IMG/VR virus record: IMGVR_UViG_3300037312_000330
Location: 1-64,000 of that record
Reading direction: 5' to 3' (one strand)
Source: a virus
Taxonomy: Duplodnaviria; Caudoviricetes
DNA length: 64,000 nucleotides
Positions 8,654 to 16,879 of this stretch are shown in pieces; position 1 is the first letter of the stretch; each line of letters opens with the position of its first letter. Position numbers and translations under genes: made by a program. Below the pieces are notes generated by a model that saw only the letters and a program-made list of their open reading frames with translations, made no database searches and was not told where the DNA came from.

Positions 8654-9574
8654 CTAAGCCATCAGTATTGCGACCTTCTCAGTGTTGATGTCAGTGTGGC
8701 ACCAACAGAAATCTTGTTCGCATGTTTCCATGTATTTTGGAACTGTCCATCCGTCTTTCAGAGTCCCTATTGCTTTGCGCTGTTGACACGAACGATCCCA
8801 GATCGTGCCATCAAAGTCCACTGTCATGAATTCAGTTGGTGTGGCGCACGAAAGCCCCTTGAAGTTGGTTAGACCCTTGGCAAGTAGTTGGCTCGCGCTT
8901 GTAATCTCAAATTTATTATCCGGGTCTTCCCAATCATTTAGATATGACACCTTGAGATTGTTCGCCAGTCTGTCTTCATTGTGCATCTCTATCCACTTCA
9001 GATGTCTAGGCAAATACACAGAGCTAACACGATTAGCTGCCACACCGAAGTTTTCGACTATTGGCTTCGCACTGACTGGAAGACCTTCGTCACAGAGGCG
9101 GAAGTAGACGTCCATGCATTCCTCGAATCTGGAGGGCAGCATTGGTAGGTTGACACGTTGGAGTTTTTCTTTGTAGAGCTTGGCGACTTCGATGAATCGG
9201 TCGAATTTTGTCCACTCCATGTGGTAGCTGAACACGACGGTGTGCAGCAGTCCGTGAACGCGCAGCCAAAAATCGAAAGGTCGCGCAGCATTTGACAACA
9301 TGCTGATGCGAACATTCTTTGGCCTTTCTGTTAGGATACGTTCGATATGCGGGTGATACGAAGGCTCACCACCAGAAAGGATTACGTGAGCGCGAGGCAT
9401 CTTTGCCATCGAGCTTAGTACCAGATCTGCGTCTTGCCATGGACTGCTACCTTCGTGGAACAGCGGTGTACAGTAGCTGCAACTATACGGACAAGTGTTT
9501 CCAAGAAGCCAAACGATCGTGTGGTAGTTTGGACGTCCGTTCGTCGGACGTAGCCAGTAGACTTCTTTGTCCAT
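8654..9574 (-). CDS. radical SAM enzyme with C-terminal Cys-rich (SPASM/twitch-like) domain
   Basis: CPYSCSYC (CX3CX2C), SGGEP, SNA, and C-terminal C...DGTIWDRSC...CEQDFCWC. Confidence 0.9.
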   Translation of the reverse strand: MDKEVYWLRPTNGRPNYHTIVWLLGNTCPYSCSYCTPLFHEGSSPWQDADLVLSSMAKMPRAHVILSGGEPSYHPHIERILTERPKNVRISMLSNAARPFDFWLRVHGLLHTVVFSYHMEWTKFDRFIEVAKLYKEKLQRVNLPMLPSRFEECMDVYFRLCDEGLPVSAKPIVENFGVAANRVSSVYLPRHLKWIEMHNEDRLANNLKVSYLNDWEDPDNKFEITSASQLLAKGLTNFKGLSCATPTEFMTVDFDGTIWDRSCQQRKAIGTLKDGWTVPKYMETCEQDFCWCHTDINTEKVAILMA

Positions 9575-10124
9575 TGTTTAAGATTCCTAGAGCATCTTCG
9601 TATCTGTACTGTGGCTTCGGTATGAAAGACGCCAGAAGCACAGGTTGGTTGCAGTTCGAAGTGTCAGCCTGATGAATTGTAGACGTATCCATGATGAATA
9701 ACTCACCTTCGTCTACATCGTAGGAAGCATTTGGTTCATTACTAGAGCAGAACTCAGTGTCAGAACCTTCTTTCGCAAGCAGAGGTTTATCTTGGTAGAA
9801 GTGCACACGCATCTTTCCGCGTATGCACATATTGACAGCAAAGCACGGAGAGCTTGGATGGTCTCGATGCAACATCGTAGCATTACGATTGTTGGCATCT
9901 AGTTTGAAATTGCGTAGGAATCTGAGTCCAAAACCAAACGTGCTCAGCATTCTCAAGGCTGGATCCGGAATCAGATGTTCCGCAGGCCACACTGAAAAAC
10001 TGCGACCATCATCATTCGGAATTGCTGCAAGAATGTCGGCGTCATTCTTTAGATAGGCGTGGAACTCAGCACTCCATTCCGGATTCAGCCTCAGTAGGCG
10101 TGGTTCGTGTGCGTTCGTGTTCAT
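9483..10124 (-). CDS. 2OG/Fe(II)-dependent dioxygenase-like
   Basis: LHRD...FAVNMCI...IMDTSTIHQA...VLLASF. Confidence 0.7.
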   Translation of the reverse strand: MNTNAHEPRLLRLNPEWSAEFHAYLKNDADILAAIPNDDGRSFSVWPAEHLIPDPALRMLSTFGFGLRFLRNFKLDANNRNATMLHRDHPSSPCFAVNMCIRGKMRVHFYQDKPLLAKEGSDTEFCSSNEPNASYDVDEGELFIMDTSTIHQADTSNCNQPVLLASFIPKPQYRYEDALGILNNGQRSLLATSDERTSKLPHDRLASWKHLSV

Positions 10125-10680
10125 GTTGAATGAAAGCTCTGACTATCATAGGCTCGTTGTATAACATCCGGCCGTACAACAGCTCCCAAAATTCATGGAA
10201 CTTCGGCCGCTCGTTTGGGGCGCTTTCGTATTCGGTATAGCAGTCATAATGCTGCAACAGAGCGTGCTTGCGCCATAGCCGCTTGTATGTTTCTAGGTGG
10301 CTCTGCGAATACAGAGCGTAGAAGCGTCTGTATCCAAGCTCTTCATGGAATTCCATCACACGTTTGAGTCCCACCGATAACGTATCTAATGGGGCCCCCG
10401 GAGCAGTGTATGCTTTGTTGATGTAGTAGCAGGGTTGCTGATTGGAGAACAGCGTGAATATCACAGCCAACAGACATCCTGGAGCAACATCGTCAGACCA
10501 CACACCAAATGCTGTACCAAGACTAGCAAAGTGCGGATCCAGTACATTGCGCATGTTCACAGATGCAAGATGCTGTTGAAGTGGACGCATTTCTGGCGGA
10601 ACTTGCAGGAAGCTGGCGCGCTGATTCATCAGCCGTTCAACGGATGGTGCGTTCAGGCTAGTAAGGACCGTGGCGTACAT
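10066..10680 (-). CDS. GNAT-like protein
   Basis: CYYINKAYT...GLKRVMEFHEELGYRRFY resembles the GNAT motif A/B arrangement. Confidence 0.55.
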   Translation of the reverse strand: MYATVLTSLNAPSVERLMNQRASFLQVPPEMRPLQQHLASVNMRNVLDPHFASLGTAFGVWSDDVAPGCLLAVIFTLFSNQQPCYYINKAYTAPGAPLDTLSVGLKRVMEFHEELGYRRFYALYSQSHLETYKRLWRKHALLQHYDCYTEYESAPNERPKFHEFWELLYGRMLYNEPMIVRAFIQHEHERTRTTPTEAESGMEC

Positions 10681-11600
10681 GACAGATCATTCACAAGTTG
10701 GTTGTATTCGTACTTGCACACTTCCATTGGGGGAAGTATCTCTTTCATCTTACGTTGCACGAACACGTTGGCCCATCCGAGAGCCTCGTATCCGTGGAAC
10801 TTCGATTGCGCTGCAAGTTTATAGCCGATCTCCTGTTCGTACACAGGTCGCTTGATCGACAGCAGAGTTATCTTTCCTGGCTCTTCATTATTGGCAACGC
10901 TTCGGATTCGTGGGTGCGTCAACCAAGTGTATAGCAGATTGGGTGTATAGGTGAAGTACTCGTTGATGATCGGATGTCCCGTGTCATATGAGTATCTGTA
11001 CGTCACACCGTCTTCGTCCTCCCGGTAGACGTAATACCAGGAAGTTGGAGCATGCACCTGACCGTTGGCATGTTGTTGATGCTTCTGCAGATAGATTTCC
11101 CCGCCCATCACCACAGGGTAGTCGGTACATTGCCGTGCATATTCCAACACCGTGAGATACGCGAGCTGACTGCATTGGTACTTGGTAGCCAAGTCCATGT
11201 AGCCTTCGTTCTTGATGTATCGCATGACATCATGGTGCCACACGTATGCTTTGAGTCCCAGCTCGTCGCATACTTCGAATGCGTTGTGGACTTCATGTTC
11301 GTTCAAACGATCGGCGAACTGGATAATGTGCAGGTGAGGCTTTGCCCCGTGTTTCAGTAGCATTCTAACAAGAAGCTCTGAGTCCGCGCCTCCGCTGTAG
11401 AACACGTTAAGATCAGTCCCGTGGTCCTCTATCAGCTTCCGTGTGGCAATGTTCAGTTCACTGTACCACGAGAATGGCATGTATATCGCTTCGTCGAACT
11501 GTAGTTCGAACTTATCGTCTGCGCTTCTTCGTGCTGAAAAAGGCTTTCCGTTTACTGTCCACCACAGGTGATCGTTGTTTGTCAGGTTTAGGTTCTTCAT
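10653..11600 (-). CDS. PP-loop adenine nucleotide alpha-hydrolase-like ATPase (asparagine synthetase / QueC / TilS superfamily; no glutaminase domain seen)
   Basis: VFYSGGADSE PP-loop and a downstream VVMGGE. Confidence 0.75.
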   Translation of the reverse strand: MKNLNLTNNDHLWWTVNGKPFSARRSADDKFELQFDEAIYMPFSWYSELNIATRKLIEDHGTDLNVFYSGGADSELLVRMLLKHGAKPHLHIIQFADRLNEHEVHNAFEVCDELGLKAYVWHHDVMRYIKNEGYMDLATKYQCSQLAYLTVLEYARQCTDYPVVMGGEIYLQKHQQHANGQVHAPTSWYYVYREDEDGVTYRYSYDTGHPIINEYFTYTPNLLYTWLTHPRIRSVANNEEPGKITLLSIKRPVYEQEIGYKLAAQSKFHGYEALGWANVFVQRKMKEILPPMEVCKYEYNQLVNDLSCTPRSLLA

Positions 11601-12030
11601 TTTGCTTGGCGAGTTCTAGAGCCTTTGCCACTGTCTCAGGATCACCCTCAGATACCTTGGTGATCCATTGTCCGATTTCTTCTGCAGACAAACCATTCGG
11701 GATGCCGTAGCGTGGTCCAGCGAGAGCCTTCTCCATTCGCTCGATGAAGTTAGGTCCTAGTGGATCGCCATGTGGATCATCCAACTGCTCTTGCGCCAAA
11801 ATGTCGGCAATGATCTCCTTAGACTCAGGATCGTCACTTCCCTTATACGTGCCATCCTTTATCTGTTGACGAAGGGTCTCAACTTCCTTCTTGATAACAG
11901 CCACATCTCTCGACGTCTGTTCCGTTTTCGCTGGAGAAGATGGTGTGCTTTCCGCAGCACTTGGTTCCGCCGCATGAACATGGCTCTGTTGGTGGGGTTG
12001 TGGCACCGAGAACTCTATTCCAATCTTCAC
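11512..12030 (-). CDS. hypothetical protein
   Basis: 172-aa ORF with a low-complexity N-terminus and a basic C-terminus. The true start is uncertain because it overlaps the upstream ORF by 152 nt. Confidence 0.6.
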   Translation of the reverse strand: MKIGIEFSVPQPHQQSHVHAAEPSAAESTPSSPAKTEQTSRDVAVIKKEVETLRQQIKDGTYKGSDDPESKEIIADILAQEQLDDPHGDPLGPNFIERMEKALAGPRYGIPNGLSAEEIGQWITKVSEGDPETVAKALELAKQNEEPKPDKQRSPVVDSKRKAFFSTKKRRR

Positions 12031-12172
12031 CTATCTTCTCCCAATCTTTACGCAACGCAGCTTGGTCTTCCTTGAACGCCTCTTCGGTTGTATGATGGCG
12101 TATTTTGACACCCACTTCCATTGGAGATTTGATAGGAATCGCATTAAAGAAGAATTCAGACCAGAAGCTCAT
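11879..12172 (-). CDS. hypothetical protein with Cys-rich C-terminus
   Basis: The ATG at 12172 forms an ATGA overlap with the stop of 12169-12579. C-terminus is CSCGGTKCCGKH...CGC. Confidence 0.55.
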   Translation of the reverse strand: MSFWSEFFFNAIPIKSPMEVGVKIRHHTTEEAFKEDQAALRKDWEKIGEDWNRVLGATTPPTEPCSCGGTKCCGKHTIFSSENGTDVERCGCYQEGS

Positions 12173-12579
12173 GTTGCACCTTCTTCGTTGCCAAAACAGT
12201 CCAGGCCCGACAACCACTCTACTTTACCGTTTCGCACAAAGTAGTGGCTCTTACAGGGCATGTTGTAATTGCCGATACTGCCTTCCAACGTGACAGGTTG
12301 TCCTGGTGCTGACATCAGTTGCCAAATATCGTGACGATGTTCATGGAAAGGAGTCACAGTCTCGTTGCAGCACCATCCGCACGCACACAGATGTATAGCG
12401 ACACCGAACTTCCGGCTGACATAGATCTTGCCGAATTCCAGTTTCTCGTTAATGGTGTCGCATTCAACTGTTTGTAGTTCGCGCACGCGCAGCGAGCGTC
12501 GATCAGGAAGGGCGTCGATAAACGCATCCCGCTCTTCCTGTGTCATTGCTTCCCAAGGTTTCGGAACCTCTTTTGGCAC
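12169..12579 (-). CDS. DUF6527-like Zn-binding protein
   Basis: AIHLCACGWC...VTP...W...VTL..SIGN...PCKSHYFVRNGKVEW matches my recollection of the DUF6527 pattern. Confidence 0.7.
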   Translation of the reverse strand: MPKEVPKPWEAMTQEERDAFIDALPDRRSLRVRELQTVECDTINEKLEFGKIYVSRKFGVAIHLCACGWCCNETVTPFHEHRHDIWQLMSAPGQPVTLEGSIGNYNMPCKSHYFVRNGKVEWLSGLDCFGNEEGAT

Positions 12580-12581
12580 TT

Positions 12582-13388
12582 TCAGCTCGCGATTGGTTTA
12601 ACGTAGTCACTGATAGCTGTGACCCACGCTGGATCGGCTACACTAGAGAGTTCGAATCCTGTGATTCCAATGCAGTTCTTGAAGGCTAGCACACCAGCTT
12701 CCTCTGTCAACGTCGGACGCGTGTCCTGTACAGGAACGTGCATACACGAACCGATCTCTCCGTTGCAAACGCTGCATTCGTAGTTGTTGACCCAAGCACC
12801 CATTGAGTAGGCGTTGATCTCGCCGCTTGCAATCTTGGAAACGTAGTCGCTGTACTTGGAGCGATCGAACGTCGCCAGCATCAGAAGTTTCCATACCTTA
12901 CCACCGCCCCAACCGTCAAGGCGGCGCATCGACGTATCAGCAATCATGCCATGCGCCTTGGTGATGTCGTCGTTCTGATGTTCGCGATATGTTGGCTTGC
13001 GACGCCACGATTCGTAGGCCAGTTGCCCGGTTTCCGGATTCGGACGCATCAGCTCTTTGAGCGGGAACGCCACACGGTTGCGGTTCGGCAGATCAGACGG
13101 CACGACGATCACAGGCACAATCAGATAGTCGTTGACGTCAGGGCTGATGTGATACGGGCTGCTGAAGAACGGAAGGACCTGCTCGAAGTCCAGCGGAATA
13201 CCGCCCGCTTTTTCAGCACCCGCAACTTGAACCACCATCTGTCCAGTGCTAGCGCGTTGGATGTTACCGCTCTTCTTCGATTCCTTATGGATGTCGATTA
13301 TTGGCAGCACTTCAGTGGTGTCGGCGTAGACGGCGTTCTGTCCGTGGTTGAACAAACGTCGGCTGCCGGCTTCGTAGATCTTGGTCAT
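12582..13388 (-). CDS. prohead protease-like (HK97/herpes SH-clan) with a Zn-finger insertion
   Basis: EH (His), YSMG (Ser) and FELSSVADPA match the caudoviral prohead protease pattern. A CSVC...CMH insertion is present. Confidence 0.6.
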   Translation of the reverse strand: MTKIYEAGSRRLFNHGQNAVYADTTEVLPIIDIHKESKKSGNIQRASTGQMVVQVAGAEKAGGIPLDFEQVLPFFSSPYHISPDVNDYLIVPVIVVPSDLPNRNRVAFPLKELMRPNPETGQLAYESWRRKPTYREHQNDDITKAHGMIADTSMRRLDGWGGGKVWKLLMLATFDRSKYSDYVSKIASGEINAYSMGAWVNNYECSVCNGEIGSCMHVPVQDTRPTLTEEAGVLAFKNCIGITGFELSSVADPAWVTAISDYVKPIAS

Positions 13389-13978
13389 TCTGCGTCCTCT
13401 TTATAGGCAGAGAAGGTGAGATGTATTCGTGGTTGATTGAGATTCGCGTTAACTGCGGTGTGCATCACGTCAGTGCGCAACGTGTACAGAGATCCAGCTT
13501 CCGGCATCCGGTACACAATGTCTTGTACTATGAAGAACGCCTCTGGATGAGTGCTTACAACCAGATGGAATCGCACACCTACGTCGTCTTTGTGATACGA
13601 CAGACACTGTTTCGGCCCAAGGTATCGGATCATTGGTCTGCTGGGAACATATCCGAATATCTTCGCATAATCGAAGAGCGGTTGTATGAATTCGGCACCA
13701 CGTACCAGATGGACAAAGTCCCTATCCTTGTAGTTCGTGGTGTGCAAACGCCCACAACCGATTGTCAACTGATCGTGGTGCGTTACAGAATCCAGAATGT
13801 CCTTATTAGGGACAGCAAGACACAACTGATCGTAGAGTGAATAGTTCTGCCACTCTATCCAGTACTCGTACGCTGCCTGTGCGATTTCTGTGTAGATGCC
13901 GCACTTGTTGACAGGGGCACGGGTTGCTTCCGGTCGCACATGGAACCCATGTGTGAGCGCAGACGCTTTGGTAGTCAT
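13385..13978 (-). CDS. Asp/Asn beta-hydroxylase-like 2OG/Fe(II) dioxygenase
   Basis: LSYHKD...RFHLVV...TLRTDVMHTAVN...PRIHLTF. Confidence 0.8.
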   Translation of the reverse strand: MTTKASALTHGFHVRPEATRAPVNKCGIYTEIAQAAYEYWIEWQNYSLYDQLCLAVPNKDILDSVTHHDQLTIGCGRLHTTNYKDRDFVHLVRGAEFIQPLFDYAKIFGYVPSRPMIRYLGPKQCLSYHKDDVGVRFHLVVSTHPEAFFIVQDIVYRMPEAGSLYTLRTDVMHTAVNANLNQPRIHLTFSAYKEDAE

Positions 13979-14484
13979 AAAACAGCCTCACAGCAATACT
14001 GCATACAGTGGTTAATCTCCATCTGGCCTATCGGCTTGAACGCCGACCAGATTGGTGGTAACTTGTCGATGTGGTTGACGTAGATGTCGTAGATCTTCTT
14101 ATTGTAGTCGTTGAATGTTATCAGCATTCTAGGGGCCATCTCCTTAGCCTTGACCATCTGTTTGGCAAGCATGTGACGCCCTATCCACTGACGTTCGAAT
14201 CCAGGCATGACATAAAACCTAGTCATTCCCAGAACATATCGCTTATCGTACACGTAGAATCCGGCACCTCCCATTAGTTTTCCGGATTCTGAGTACAGAA
14301 GATAGTAGTCACCGACACAAGGCTTATACATCCCATTGTAGAACTTCCACAATAGAGTATGGGGTTTGTCTTGCCAATCGGTGCTGTAGTTGTCTTTAGC
14401 TCTATTCTTCTTGTCGGTTTCCGCCACGCTGCACATGCGATGCAGCTCCTGTGGTTGCTGCCTCGCGCTGACGATTTCCAACAT
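13975..14484 (-). CDS. GNAT-family acetyltransferase
   Basis: LGMTRFYVMPGFERQWIGRHML motif A. Confidence 0.75.
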   Translation of the reverse strand: MLEIVSARQQPQELHRMCSVAETDKKNRAKDNYSTDWQDKPHTLLWKFYNGMYKPCVGDYYLLYSESGKLMGGAGFYVYDKRYVLGMTRFYVMPGFERQWIGRHMLAKQMVKAKEMAPRMLITFNDYNKKIYDIYVNHIDKLPPIWSAFKPIGQMEINHCMQYCCEAVL

Positions 14485-14500
14485 GATGTGTCCTTAAAGA

Positions 14501-15469
14501 CTACTCACCGACTACATTTACTGCAAAACCACGTTGACGCAGAATCTCTTGGACTCCGAGGTCCACATTCCTGTTGTTTGGCTCCCATCCCATCACAGAG
14601 GTAAAGAAGCGCATGTCCGGCTTGGTCTTCTGAGCATCCAGCGGATTTGGCTCTCGCTGGACCACTTCTAACTTCATTCCTGCGTATTTGGAGAACAGGT
14701 CGACCAGCATGCGCTGAGTCATGCAATTCGTGGAACCGAAGTTGAGAAGCATGTGCGTTCCGGCAGCACCACCGTAATAGAATTTGTCAATGGCTGACCA
14801 CAGAGCGTTGCACACGTCTCCAACGTATGTCCAAGATCGCCAGCGCGCTCCGAACACTTCAAGTTCCGGTATCTCGGTACCTTCTACCACCGTGCTGTTC
14901 AGGTTCACGATGCGGTCTGCAATCAGTGCAGGGAACATGTCTTGGCGTTGCCACTGGCCGATAGCGTTGAACAGTCGATACGTGACGCCTATCCTGCGAG
15001 TCTGTTCAACCCATCCTCGCACTAGCTTCTCGCATACCCATTTGGAATGTGCGTATTGGCTGATTGGCGCAGGAAGCCACGCCTCGTGCATGTCCATCGC
15101 ATTCCCGTACACACTGCTGCTAGATGTATAGACAATCATTGGCACGTCGGCGCGTGCCATCCACTTTAGCAGGTTCTGCGTGCTCTCGACGTTGTTCTCG
15201 TGGTCTTCGGTTGTGAAGTTTCGCACACCAGACTTTGCAGCCAAGTGGACCACAGCGTCGATCTTGTGTGGTGGGTTCCAATCGAATCCGTTAGATAGAT
15301 CGATCTTGATGTCTGGATCGCCTTCCTTGTCCAAGGTAATCCACTCTATAGCATCACCAACCGATTCGCCCTTTATCCCTGATGTGGGTTTGGGTGCAGG
15401 TGCGCCGTCCAAACGAACGCGCAGATTCTGTCCAATGAAGCCGGAACTACCAGTGACCAGAACTCTCAT
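14501..15469 (-). CDS. NAD-dependent NDP-sugar epimerase/dehydratase (extended SDR, UDP-glucuronate 4-epimerase-like)
   Basis: VLVTGSSGFIG, HLAAKSGVR, SSSSVYG, YAHSK (YxxxK) and RSWTYVGD. The ATG at 15469 has an RBS and an ATGA overlap. Confidence 0.9.
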   Translation of the reverse strand: MRVLVTGSSGFIGQNLRVRLDGAPAPKPTSGIKGESVGDAIEWITLDKEGDPDIKIDLSNGFDWNPPHKIDAVVHLAAKSGVRNFTTEDHENNVESTQNLLKWMARADVPMIVYTSSSSVYGNAMDMHEAWLPAPISQYAHSKWVCEKLVRGWVEQTRRIGVTYRLFNAIGQWQRQDMFPALIADRIVNLNSTVVEGTEIPELEVFGARWRSWTYVGDVCNALWSAIDKFYYGGAAGTHMLLNFGSTNCMTQRMLVDLFSKYAGMKLEVVQREPNPLDAQKTKPDMRFFTSVMGWEPNNRNVDLGVQEILRQRGFAVNVVGE

Positions 15470-16095
15470 GATTCCCTCTTTATTGCATAGGTGAACTCTG
15501 GCTGTGGATTCCGTATCCACAGATTTGCATGTTGTTTGAGCATAGGCTTGCGCAATGCAACTGTCGGACTGTTAGCACTCAACTGCGCTTCGAACAAAAT
15601 GTCGAGTCCTGTTTTGGACAAGCCAAACACTGAGAACGCGGGCGCTACTTTGTTCGGATCGCCGTCTTCACGTATCAGTGCTCCGGGCAGTACACGCACC
15701 GTACAATCTGCCGTTGGAAGTGCTTGCAGCTCGAATGGACGCATCGGCAGTTTTGGCTCCACTGGATCCAGCATGTCTACTGGAGCGAATTCCGGCGTGC
15801 TTACTTCTAGCGGAACTACCTTACTGTCGTCCGCTATCAGAGGCACAATCTTGGAATCGGCGTGTTGTTCGAATTCTTGAACTTTCTCAAGATATCGGTT
15901 AGCCATTGAGGGATCCATCATAAACTTGCCGTAGACTTCAGGTGTCACAGGCAAGTAGATGAAGTTGGGGCCAGACTCTTCGACAACTGCGTGGATACGA
16001 CACCCGAGAAATCTATACAGATCAGCGAGCTTTGGGGTGCTTCCGTCGACCGATTGCGACGGGTTCATCTTCTCGAATAGCACAAACATCTTCAA
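15466..16095 (-). CDS. hypothetical protein
   Basis: 209-aa ORF coupled between the glycosyltransferase and epimerase genes. Confidence 0.7.
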   Translation of the reverse strand: MKMFVLFEKMNPSQSVDGSTPKLADLYRFLGCRIHAVVEESGPNFIYLPVTPEVYGKFMMDPSMANRYLEKVQEFEQHADSKIVPLIADDSKVVPLEVSTPEFAPVDMLDPVEPKLPMRPFELQALPTADCTVRVLPGALIREDGDPNKVAPAFSVFGLSKTGLDILFEAQLSANSPTVALRKPMLKQHANLWIRNPQPEFTYAIKRES

Positions 16096-16879
16096 GTCTC
16101 TCTATGAACGTATCCGTGATCAGGTTCTTGTCGTAGTAGTGGAATGGTTTCGTGATCCGCACACCCTCGATGAACATGCGACATTCGTCGTCTACCATAA
16201 ATCCCATACTGCGTGTCCACTCAGGGTCGGACCATGCATTGATTAGTGGCTTGGCATGTACAAATTGATTGCCATCCACTCTGGACAGACCAAAGACCTT
16301 GGCCCACGCTAGACTATAGATCGAGTCAGTAGTTGGTGGCAACATCTTCTCTGTTCTGTTCCAAAGCTTCAGGCTGTACCATTTTCCGAACAGCTCATAA
16401 ACCTCTTGGTAGAACTCTTTTGCTTGCGGACGATGCTTGTCGAATGAGAAACATGCGCTGTAGATAGTTGGCAATCCTAAACCAGATTCTACAGCACGAT
16501 AGGCCACCGTATCGTTAACAGCACCAAGGATGTCACAAGCCACTCCGCTAGTGCAAGGTAGGCTCTGATTGTGATACAAATGACAACCTAGTGGGAACAG
16601 CACATCTGCGTCTGTCTTAAACGTGATGTCGTATGGACTCTTCTCATACGCAAATGCTTCGTATTGGAAACTGTCAGAAGCACTCTTGATCGTAACGACA
16701 TTAGCTACAGCCGACAGTTTCTCCAGAAACTTTAGACTTGTTGCGTGGCTCTCATGGATTACGACAGTCGTTGTCAATCCTAGAACCTTGCGTGCAGTCA
16801 GAGCTTGACAGTACGCCATCTTTTGGTACTGAAGACCAAAGGCGAACGTCAAGATGCCGCTAGTTGGTTTGTTTTCCAT
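16022..16879 (-). CDS. GT-A fold nucleotide-diphospho-sugar transferase (GT8-like)
   Basis: GILTFAFG N-terminus, SPYDITFKTDADVLF (DxD) and TDSIYSLA. Confidence 0.7.
   Translation of the reverse strand: MENKPTSGILTFAFGLQYQKMAYCQALTARKVLGLTTTVVIHESHATSLKFLEKLSAVANVVTIKSASDSFQYEAFAYEKSPYDITFKTDADVLFPLGCHLYHNQSLPCTSGVACDILGAVNDTVAYRAVESGLGLPTIYSACFSFDKHRPQAKEFYQEVYELFGKWYSLKLWNRTEKMLPPTTDSIYSLAWAKVFGLSRVDGNQFVHAKPLINAWSDPEWTRSMGFMVDDECRMFIEGVRITKPFHYYDKNLITDTFIERLEDVCAIREDEPVAIGRRKHPKAR

Noticed and set aside
1969-11600. Assignment as a known polyyne, lasso-peptide or queuosine/7-deazaguanine cluster
   Set aside because: FAAL, ACP and thioesterase are missing (polyyne). No lasso precursor, B1/B2 peptidase or RRE is present. 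FolE, QueD and DpdA are absent, and the rSAM and PP-loop proteins are not clearly QueE or QueC.
14514-14522. AGTAAATGT as a third TAAATA-class promoter upstream of the GNAT at 14484
   Set aside because: It is an imperfect match and lies within the last codons of the epimerase, so it is too weak to call.
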